DNA from: Candidatus Micrarchaeota archaeon
GTDB lineage: Archaea > Micrarchaeota > Micrarchaeia > Norongarragalinales > SBBD01
NCBI GenBank assembly: GCA_038046605.1
Contig: JBBSVW010000004.1
Coordinates: 1-23,496 of the forward strand
Reading direction: 5' to 3'
Length of the DNA stretch: 23,496 bases
The notes beneath the pieces are model-generated. The model was not told where the DNA came from. It did not search any database and saw nothing but the letters and a program-made list of their open reading frames with translations. This document shows, piece by piece, positions 16,525 through 23,496 of the stretch (within the stretch, counting starts at the first letter, position 1; every line of letters begins with the position of its first letter). The translations under genes and the position numbers were made by a program.

Positions 16525-16641
16525 TTTGAAAACCTAACTTAATTGATGTTGTTGCAAGTGTTTATTCCATCCCTCCCCCTATTGATCTTTTCCCTTGATT
16601 TTATGCCTGCGCAATCCCCCCTTCCCTCAATTCCCCTCCGT

Positions 16642-17517
16642 TCACATCTTCCTAAGTATTGCAATCCTCTCCTCAAGCGGCGGATGGGTTGAAAACCAAT
16701 TCCCAATTATCCTCTTGTTGATTGGGTTTGAAATGTATAGCGGCGCAACCGCTTCGCTTATTTCCTTATTGGGCGCCTTGTCATTCTTGATTTTTTCAAG
16801 CGCTGCCGCCAGTCCTTCAGGATATCGCGTAAGAAGCGCTCCGGATGCATCCGCCAAATACTCCCTTCTCCTTGAAATTGCAAGCTGCACAAGCTTTGCA
16901 AATATCGGTGCAAGAATTGCAAGCATAAGCCCGATGACAATTATTGCCCCGCCGCCTTTTCCCCTATCGCCCGATCCCCTAAAGCCCATCCGGATCATCA
17001 TATGCGCAATTATTGCAATTGCCCCGACCATCACTGCTGCAAGCATCATCATGCGGATATCGAAATTCTTTATATGCGACATCTCATGCGCAATAACCCC
17101 CTCTAATTCTTGCCTATTTAGTTTTTTGAGCGTACCTGTGTTCACGCAAATTAAGGCATTCTTCGGGTCCCTTCCCGTTGCAAAGGCATTGATTGCCTCG
17201 TCTTCGATTACATATAATCTAGGCATTGGTATCCCCGCCGCAATGGAAAGCCCCTCAACCGTATTGTAAAGGAATAGGTAATCCTTCCTTTCAGCCGGTT
17301 TTGCATTCACAGTTGCCAAAACAATTTTATCGCTATAGTAATACGTTCCAACGGTCATTACTACTGCAATGATAATTGCAAATATTGAGATGAATTCGCC
17401 CAATCCGGTCATCAGCCCAAAAACGTAAGTTAGGGCGAATATCAAAAGCAGGAAAAATCCTATGTATAGGTAGCTCTTCATCTTGTTCTTGGATATCTGG
17501 TCGTAGAGTTCGCTCAT
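16642..17517 (-). CDS. htpX: Membrane zinc protease HtpX (peptidase M48)
   Basis: INAFATGRDP, ELEGVIAHEMSHIKNFD, SRRREYLADA, FSTHPP. Confidence 0.96.
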   Translation of the reverse strand: MSELYDQISKNKMKSYLYIGFFLLLIFALTYVFGLMTGLGEFISIFAIIIAVVMTVGTYYYSDKIVLATVNAKPAERKDYLFLYNTVEGLSIAAGIPMPRLYVIEDEAINAFATGRDPKNALICVNTGTLKKLNRQELEGVIAHEMSHIKNFDIRMMMLAAVMVGAIAIIAHMMIRMGFRGSGDRGKGGGAIIVIGLMLAILAPIFAKLVQLAISRRREYLADASGALLTRYPEGLAAALEKIKNDKAPNKEISEAVAPLYISNPINKRIIGNWFSTHPPLEERIAILRKM

Positions 17518-17586
17518 ATTTTATTTATAGGCAGCATAAGAGTTAAAAACATCCGTTTCCAGTAAACTGCGCGAATTGCCTTTTTT

Positions 17587-17741
17587 GCTCCCTTCGTCTA
17601 GCTCGGTCAAGGATTCCGGCCTTTCGACCCCATTTTTCTTTCTTGTAAGAAAGAAAACTAGGGATCCAAAAGAAAGAACTTCCGCAAGGAGGTTCGCTTT
17701 GAAGAAAGCCGAGAACGCGGGTTCAAATCCCGCAGGGAGCA
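17587..17741 (+). tRNA. tRNA-Glu(TTC) with an 80-nt intron (17627-17706); CCA not encoded
   Basis: Acceptor GCTCCCT/AGGGAGC-A; anticodon arm CGGC-CTTTCG^A-GCCG with TTC at 17623-17625; T-arm GCGGG-TTCAAAT-CCCGC. Confidence 0.95.
17627..17706 (+). other. tRNA intron at canonical position 37/38
   Basis: Central helix CUUU(32-35)/GAAG and 3-nt bulge AA^A; outer helix not evident (relaxed BHL-type motif). Confidence 0.88.
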
Positions 17742-17744
17742 CTT

Positions 17745-17882
17745 GACACCCCATGGGGGCTAGGCCCCCACCACGTGCCACGCAGACTTGGTGTCTGCTG
17801 AGCCAAAAAATGGATTTTTCGGTCGCCGCCTCCCCCCTAATTTGTGCGCGAATCCATCACATCGTGTTGCCTTACCCCCTTT
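17745..17882 (-). repeat. Repeat-family modules directly downstream of tRNA-Glu
   Basis: 17745-17770 = revcomp of 10549-10574 (25/26); 17825-17839 = revcomp of 10416-10430 (15/15); ~17864-17882 resembles revcomp of 10501-10520. Confidence 0.85.
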
Positions 17883-18003
17883 CTAATTAGCGCGCGCATT
17901 TGCCTTTTTTGCCAATTCTCTGATTTGGGCCAGGACGGATTGCAGGTTTTACTCATATTTGGCCTGCGCTTTTAGTTCTGATGCCTTGTTTTTCCCTCCC
18001 ACT

Positions 18004-18018
18004 CAAAAAGCTTATAAC
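18004..18018 (+). promoter_or_regulatory. Putative BRE/TATA for the surface-protein gene
   Basis: CAAAAAGCTTATAAC about 25 bp upstream of ATG 18041 (leaderless geometry). Confidence 0.55.
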
Positions 18019-18040
18019 CGCCCAAAGAATAGCTAGTAGT

Positions 18041-20413
18041 ATGCGTTTTACCCTCATGATCGTGTTCCTGCTTATCCTGCTGATGCCTATTGTTAGGGGC
18101 ACGCCAAATGTTGTCATTACCAGTTATGCGATATATGATAGCAACGGCATTCTTGCCTCAAACGGGTCCAAAATCGGCGGGGGGGAGGTTATAAATTCTT
18201 GCACGACATCGGATCCGTTCTCCCATGATGTGCATCAAAATATCTCTGCTGGGAATTGGTTTTGGGTGAATATAACCGTCCAAAACACCGGCACAGATGT
18301 AAACGACAATGAGAACAATGGCCGGATTTACCAAGACAATGTAATAGATCCCTTCGGCTTCTATTCGGGCCACAATTACCCCGATTCGCAAGGCAAAACC
18401 GACAATGCATCAATTGGCAATTTTTCAGAAATATATGTTGGAACCCTCACTCCAAACGAGATCAAAAATCTAACCGGCTCCATGAACATAACTGCCTACA
18501 CATACATGGGATGGTATTGGCTTGAATTCAAGGCCTATTCCTCTTCAGGCGAGCATTGCCAGCGGTTCCGTTTGCCCGTCAATCAAACTACGCCATCAAC
18601 CCCCCAATTCTATTTGAATATCACGAATGTGAATGTAACCGGCAGCGATATCATGGAAGACCGTCTTCCCCCAATTGGATTCACTTGCGGACCTGGTTTA
18701 AATAAGCCGTGCTGGGATTATTTCAATGAGTTTGGCCCACCATACAATTACAATTGGACCCTCTACCTGAACCTTACGGTGAAAAACCTTGGCGTCAATG
18801 TCCCCGATCCTTCATGGGCGAATGCATCCTCGATAATTTGCGGTGGCAACTGGGTTTGCGCAAACGTTTCCGTTAATCCCTGGCAGCAAGTTAGGAATGT
18901 ATCCAATCCCATAAACAGCCAAAAGCAATACGATTGCAAATTACTTGCCCCAGTTGGCGCTACCCAAGCTGTCGAACCAAAAAATGTCAGCTGGTATGAT
19001 TGCTACATCCGGCTTGAAAATTCCTCTTTCAATTTCAAGGCCTACAAGTATTTTCGGATAGGTCCGCTTGGCATCCTTCCAACGAGCAGTTACGTCCCGC
19101 CTTATGGCTGGGACCCGTTCATAACAAATCCATACCCGGCAAGCATTTATGCCCTCCCCGGGAACTATTTCAATATGAGCGTCCCAGTCATGGCATATGA
19201 CTATGGGAACTACACATTTTGGGATAACCTGAACCTCACTTTTGATCTATACGATTCCAGTTACGGCCTTCTGAATGGCATGTCCGAATTAGTAATAAAA
19301 AACCCATTGGAAACCAGAAACTATACCACAGCCAGCCCCTGGTCGGTAAAATTGGTGAACCTTTCCATCTATGTCCCTCTAGGAACCACTCCTAGCAGGG
19401 GTGAAATAAGGCTTTTTTCCACGGATCAACTCACATATACGGCCCTCATGACCTCCGGCGATGAAAAGCTAGATAATGTCAACATCAACACATGCCCGGA
19501 TGGCCATCATACTTTCTGGAACAATAAATCCTTCAATCCCAAATTCCAAAACATCTGCCTTTGGCCAAACGAGAGCATAGATTCGACCCGCCTTTTGTAC
19601 CTGATAAATACCCCCGATTTGGTTTACACAGTTGCGCCGGGGGCAAAATACCTAATTCCATACGAGGTTAGAAACGGCCTTTCAAAGCAGGTGACCTATG
19701 GATTATCCTCCATTTTCCGTCCAAAACCGCTGCAAAACACTCCTGGAATTTCATTCGAATATTTCCCCCAAACAATAGTGGTAGGTGCGGCAACGTCCAT
19801 TGACCCCGGCTCCAATTTTGGCAATATCATTGTGACCATACCATTCGATGTCAAGGCAGCAAACTACACCTACCTGATCAACGCCTCAATCCTTCCGCCG
19901 GATTTTGGCATCTGGGATACCGCAAAGCTTACCCTGGTCGTGTCGGCGCACGATGTGGAAGTGGTTGCGATCAAAAGGAAACCAGACAACATTGTCTATG
20001 ACCCACAGCGAACCCCCAGGGTGGATTTAAGCGTCATCATCCGCAACACCCTCTCAATACCGGAAACCGTTACCCTAAACCTCACGGTTGGGGGCAAAAC
20101 CTATGTCGGCTGCGGTGGAAGCCAAATAGGCCTTGGCCCGCAAAATACAACAGAAGTGATTTGCATCGATGGTGGCGATCCTTCGCATGCGGATTTAACG
20201 GGCCTAACCGGCAACAACATCGTTGTGGCCGCCGACCTTGCGCTCCTTTCCAATGTTGATACAAACTACGAAAACAACCATTTCGTTGACATTATTTCCG
20301 TGGTTTCTTCAGAACAAGTAACCGAAACCGTTCCCGAAATTCATCCGGCGCTTTTCCTAATACTTGTCATGTTATCGCTTTTTGCATTTAGACAACGCGG
20401 GCTAAAAATATGA
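18041..20413 (+). CDS. Large cell-surface glycoprotein with Ig/CARDB-like domains and a VPxxxP/PEF-CTERM-like sorting signal
   Basis: Signal peptide MRFTLMIVFLLILLMPIVRG; many NxS/T sequons and Cys pairs; C-terminus TVPEIHP + TM + RQRGLK. Confidence 0.85.
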   Translation: MRFTLMIVFLLILLMPIVRGTPNVVITSYAIYDSNGILASNGSKIGGGEVINSCTTSDPFSHDVHQNISAGNWFWVNITVQNTGTDVNDNENNGRIYQDNVIDPFGFYSGHNYPDSQGKTDNASIGNFSEIYVGTLTPNEIKNLTGSMNITAYTYMGWYWLEFKAYSSSGEHCQRFRLPVNQTTPSTPQFYLNITNVNVTGSDIMEDRLPPIGFTCGPGLNKPCWDYFNEFGPPYNYNWTLYLNLTVKNLGVNVPDPSWANASSIICGGNWVCANVSVNPWQQVRNVSNPINSQKQYDCKLLAPVGATQAVEPKNVSWYDCYIRLENSSFNFKAYKYFRIGPLGILPTSSYVPPYGWDPFITNPYPASIYALPGNYFNMSVPVMAYDYGNYTFWDNLNLTFDLYDSSYGLLNGMSELVIKNPLETRNYTTASPWSVKLVNLSIYVPLGTTPSRGEIRLFSTDQLTYTALMTSGDEKLDNVNINTCPDGHHTFWNNKSFNPKFQNICLWPNESIDSTRLLYLINTPDLVYTVAPGAKYLIPYEVRNGLSKQVTYGLSSIFRPKPLQNTPGISFEYFPQTIVVGAATSIDPGSNFGNIIVTIPFDVKAANYTYLINASILPPDFGIWDTAKLTLVVSAHDVEVVAIKRKPDNIVYDPQRTPRVDLSVIIRNTLSIPETVTLNLTVGGKTYVGCGGSQIGLGPQNTTEVICIDGGDPSHADLTGLTGNNIVVAADLALLSNVDTNYENNHFVDIISVVSSEQVTETVPEIHPALFLILVMLSLFAFRQRGLKI

Positions 20414-21030
20414 ATAAAAAAATAAATCTTGCATTCTTCCTTGCATTGATTTGCCTATCCCAAGCACTTTCTCCCGAGGATTTTTCCCAAAGGCTTGATA
20501 ATTTCCAGCGCCTGCAAGCGGAATCCCTAACTTCCCAGGGAAAGCAAGTTCCCCCCGGAATCACAATTCTGATAACCGAGGCAAATAGGCTCTACTCCGA
20601 GGCGTTCGACGCTTACGGAAAGGGGGACGGCGCCCTATTAAATGAGAAGGCGGAATTGCTGGGCGCCAAGCTGGATGAAATTGAGGCAAATTCGCCGGGC
20701 TATTCCATGCAGGGGCTTAAATCCCTGGCCTTATCCGAACTAGGGCTTGTTAAACCGGAATCCATATTGGAAATCCGGCCCCAGGTTGTTGCAAATGTGC
20801 CAAATCCAACCGTCATCTACGCAACAATAGCCCCAACGGAAAAAGGCCGCCTCATCCCGACAATTTCCCCAGGACAGCTTAGGGGCAGGCAGAATTTTGT
20901 ATACGCCCTTGGCGATATTTTATGGGAAAACAAGCTCCTCCTTGGGGTTTTCATTGCCGGGATTCTAATCCTGTATGCGGTTTATTCAAAACAAGATGAG
21001 GAATCCGATCTCGAGTATTCCGGCGATTAG
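20410..21030 (+). CDS. Hypothetical type I membrane protein
   Basis: ATGA overlap; signal peptide, helical domain, Pro/Thr linker, C-terminal TM, acidic tail. Confidence 0.8.
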   Translation: MNKKINLAFFLALICLSQALSPEDFSQRLDNFQRLQAESLTSQGKQVPPGITILITEANRLYSEAFDAYGKGDGALLNEKAELLGAKLDEIEANSPGYSMQGLKSLALSELGLVKPESILEIRPQVVANVPNPTVIYATIAPTEKGRLIPTISPGQLRGRQNFVYALGDILWENKLLLGVFIAGILILYAVYSKQDEESDLEYSGD

Positions 21031-21098
21031 GGGAAAAATTGCATATTTTATTGTAGCCAAAGGGGCAATGGCCCCGGCGTTTTTTTCAATATCCTTTT

Positions 21099-21269
21099 TT
21101 AGCTGATTATGCCCCTTAAAATTTTCCAAATGTCATCCGTTGGCCCCTTAATCCCGTCCTGCGCCTCCGAAAAAACACCCCTTACCATCATGAACACGAT
21201 AATTACGAACATTATTACCGCGCTAATCAAGAGCAGGTATTCTATTGCGGTTTGGCCCTTTTCGTCCAT
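21099..21269 (-). CDS. Small type IV pilin (class III signal peptide), 56 aa; absent from the ORF track
   Basis: Hand translation: MDEKG/QTAIEYLLLISAVIMFVIIVFMMVRGVFSEAQDGIKGPTDDIWKILRGIIS*. Confidence 0.9.
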   Translation of the reverse strand: MDEKGQTAIEYLLLISAVIMFVIIVFMMVRGVFSEAQDGIKGPTDDIWKILRGIIS

Positions 21270-21367
21270 TTCGAATCAGCCGTGCGTTTCTTAGGGGCGT
21301 TAACGGTTCAAATCCATATTGGTATTATTCTAAAAAAATATCGGAAATTGGCCAGGGAGTTTTGCCC

Positions 21368-21580
21368 CTATTCCCCCCTTTCCTTCCCCATGAGCCATAG
21401 GTAAATTGCCAGCATCATCATCCAAAGTGAAGGTATTGAGTATGCCAGGAGCCTTCCAATATCCTCAAGCCTGGTCGTGTAAAAATACCTAAGCCCATAG
21501 AACATCAGGATGACGGAGATGAATACCGCGGCAAAGCTAAGCGCCTGCGGAAGCGAGTTTGCAACATCATCCAATCCCAT
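21368..21580 (-). CDS. Small two-TM membrane protein
   Basis: 70 aa with two hydrophobic segments. Confidence 0.7.
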   Translation of the reverse strand: MGLDDVANSLPQALSFAAVFISVILMFYGLRYFYTTRLEDIGRLLAYSIPSLWMMMLAIYLWLMGKERGE

Positions 21581-21708
21581 AGTATATTCATCCTTAAGGA
21601 AAGAGCAATGAAACGATAATTATTGGTGGCATCCCTCGAAGCCCTTTTTTGCCAAATGCCTTCCTGCCAATCCCTCTTTAATATTGCAATCCAACTGTTT
21701 GCTTTTTA

Positions 21709-21939
21709 TTACGTTCCCGGAATCTTTTTCTTCTTGACTATCGGAAGCGCCGTGCGCGGGCTTTCCACAACAAGCCTATCCGACGGGAGGCTGATGGATT
21801 CCTTTGGATCCTTGCTGAAAAAATAAAGCTTTGTCCCCCCCCGTCCCGGATTCATATGGAGGAAGTACCGAACCCCCTTCTTATTGACATATGAATAGGA
21901 CCCAACGATCAATTCCTTGAGCGAATCCGTGAATGCCAT
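21709..21939 (-). CDS. Small basic hypothetical protein
   Basis: YSYVNKKGVRYFLH...GGTKLYFFSK...RTALPIVKKK; resembles a small conserved hypothetical family (from memory, unverified). Confidence 0.75.
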   Translation of the reverse strand: MAFTDSLKELIVGSYSYVNKKGVRYFLHMNPGRGGTKLYFFSKDPKESISLPSDRLVVESPRTALPIVKKKKIPGT

Positions 21940-22024
21940 AATCTTGAAGCGACCTTTTTTTACCTTTTTTTAAATGAAAGTAATATAAATGAGTAGAGCC
22001 TACGTCTTTAAAGAGGGGTTGCAG

Positions 22025-22297
22025 ATGAACGTCAATGACGTGGTATTATATTGCATAATCATTGCCAGTGCCCTCCTTGTGGTTTTGGAATTCCTTGCCC
22101 ACAAGCACCAAAAGCTCATGCATCATCAGCTCTATGGGAGCAAGGAGCGCCTCTCCAAGCTTTCGCGCCTTGTTGAGGAAATAGAGGGGGTCGAAAAGCA
22201 GATGCATGTTGCGGCAACCGAAAAGGTCGATAGGCGGAATCTTGATTTGATCATGCGTGAAACGATCGATTTCCTTGGAGAAAAACGCACTTCATAA
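22025..22297 (+). CDS. Single-TM coiled-coil protein (pair 2, gene A)
   Basis: GAGGGGT SD before ATG 22025; TM then heptad-patterned helix with EKVDRRNL. Confidence 0.78.
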   Translation: MNVNDVVLYCIIIASALLVVLEFLAHKHQKLMHHQLYGSKERLSKLSRLVEEIEGVEKQMHVAATEKVDRRNLDLIMRETIDFLGEKRTS

Positions 22298-22310
22298 AAA
22301 TGGTGGAATA

Positions 22311-22628
22311 ATGGCACTTGCTGAAGATTTTGGGTCGCTTTCAATGCTCTCGTATGTGCTCCTAGTGGCATTTGCAATAATCACCGTGCGTGTTGTAATG
22401 CTTTTCCGCGAGCTCAACCGCACCATGAAGGATAGCGTTGGAAAAATTGGCGATAAGATGGATACCCTCGAGCACGAATACGTCCGGCTCAAGCCCAAGC
22501 TTGATGAGATCAATGCGACCCTTGATTCCAAGGTCGATTATGATTACCTTGAAAAGAAGATGCACGAACTGGTAAGTTTGGTCCTTTCAAAGCAGCAAAA
22601 AGAGACGATGCAGGTTCGGAACAGGTAG
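22311..22628 (+). CDS. Single-TM coiled-coil protein (pair 2, gene B)
   Basis: GGTGG SD before ATG 22311; TM then helix with SKVDYDYLEKKMHELVSLV. Confidence 0.8.
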   Translation: MALAEDFGSLSMLSYVLLVAFAIITVRVVMLFRELNRTMKDSVGKIGDKMDTLEHEYVRLKPKLDEINATLDSKVDYDYLEKKMHELVSLVLSKQQKETMQVRNR

Positions 22629-22762
22629 GGGGTTTCGAATTGAATCCAATTTAGGGGCCTTGCAAGCTTTTTGCATCCTGATTACCCAATTGCCTAATTA
22701 TTGCTTGCAAATTGACCCAGTCCGCCTCTAACTTTTATTTCCCTTTACTTCAGTTTCATCCC

Positions 22763-23494
22763 CTACTTCTGCTTCCGCTCCCCCCCCCTGAAGTGGTACA
22801 TCCCAGTCACATACCTGTGCAGCGAATCAAAATGCTCCATGCTCTTTTTGTACAGGTGCGAAAATGCCCTAAGGTCGCGGTTTAGAACGTATGAGGAATA
22901 GATTGCAGCTGCCAGCATCAATAGCGCAAGAAGCAAAAGCAATAGGTTGATTAGCACAATCAGCCAGGACAAATCAAAATCCGCGCTCTTCCCTGGCAGA
23001 TTGATGCCATCGTACACATCCCCAAAAACCTTCGCCTCTACTATGTATTTACCCTCTGCAGGCGCATTCCCCCATTCCACCTTGAACACGTTTTGCCTCT
23101 TTGGATAAACCATCTGCCTCTCCGACTGCAAGTTTGCAACAGTTTCGCCGCTTTGCGTTTTAATGTCAAGGATCACATACGCCGGGAATTCTATGTTTCC
23201 GGTATTTTCAAAGTAGCTGCGGAATTCAACTAGCGGCGCAACAGGCCTATTGCTTGAAATGAGCGCTCCAGTTGAAGAGGATAGCGGCTCACCGTACGCG
23301 GGCACGATTTCCGTAATCTTGCCATCGTACCGAGGCGAGGGGAGGCCGTAGCCCTCAAGGTTGATATTGATATCGTTTTGCACCATTCCCTCGTCCTGCG
23401 GCTTTGTCCTAACCGTTGCAAATTTGATCAGGATTTTTGCGCCAGTGCGCTGCTTAAGCCAGCTTGCCGGCTCGGATATGAGCCGCCCAATTCC
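22763..23494 (-). CDS. Membrane-anchored Ig-like domain protein, 5'-truncated by the window edge
   Basis: Frame stays open upstream of 23386 to the edge; FENTGNIEF beta-sandwich-type motif; C-terminal TM plus basic tail. Confidence 0.75.
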   Translation of the reverse strand, partial: GIGRLISEPASWLKQRTGAKILIKFATVRTKPQDEGMVQNDININLEGYGLPSPRYDGKITEIVPAYGEPLSSSTGALISSNRPVAPLVEFRSYFENTGNIEFPAYVILDIKTQSGETVANLQSERQMVYPKRQNVFKVEWGNAPAEGKYIVEAKVFGDVYDGINLPGKSADFDLSWLIVLINLLLLLLALLMLAAAIYSSYVLNRDLRAFSHLYKKSMEHFDSLHRYVTGMYHFRGGERKQK

Positions 23495-23496
23495 AA

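Noticed and set aside
389-16940. Many overlapping or antisense ORFs (e.g. 490-1020, 3103-3660, 3588-4274, 12718-13374, 14921-15382, 16595-17269)
   Set aside because: They lie within well-supported genes and show no recognisable motifs
17627-17706. Intron-encoded box C/D guide RNA, as in euryarchaeal tRNA-Trp
   Set aside because: No RUGAUGA or CUGA boxes in the intron
17521-17781. 86-aa minus-strand ORF
   Set aside because: Antisense to the tRNA-Glu gene (contains the typical LPAGFEPA shadow)
21109-21294. 61-aa plus-strand ORF
   Set aside because: Antisense shadow of the 56-aa pilin gene
17742-23496. Integrated element at the tRNA-Glu 3' end
   Set aside because: No integrase and no duplicated tRNA 3' end (att site) seen within the window

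Overview
Archaeal chromosomal window, by gene content and style most likely a DPANN lineage such as Micrarchaeota (inference). Left part: an intact-looking 965-bp IS5-family element (18-bp imperfect IRs, TA duplication); a KlbA/CpaF-type pilus ATPase interrupted by a 438-aa Ala-starting (class 2) intein with a LAGLIDADG nuclease and an extra XRE-type HTH; a pair of membrane-anchored coiled-coil genes; four class III signal-peptide (pilin-like) genes; archaemetzincin; and a stand-alone 98-aa 'half' TATA-binding protein. Middle: rpl21e-rpoF-DUF655, an AMP phosphorylase with apparently altered phosphate ligands, ADP-forming acyl-CoA synthetase beta and alpha subunits, cutA, htpX, and tRNA-Glu(TTC) with an 80-nt structured intron. 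Right part: a large VPxxxP-CTERM-like surface glycoprotein, a 56-aa pilin missed by the ORF track, a second paralogous coiled-coil pair, and a truncated Ig-like membrane protein. The best candidates for something undescribed are (1) the single-repeat TBP behind two phased palindromic TTTATAAA boxes, (2) the four-member TM plus coiled-coil family in tandem pairs near pilus genes, and (3) a modular G5/C5-hairpin intergenic repeat family. All calls were made by eye; no database search was run.
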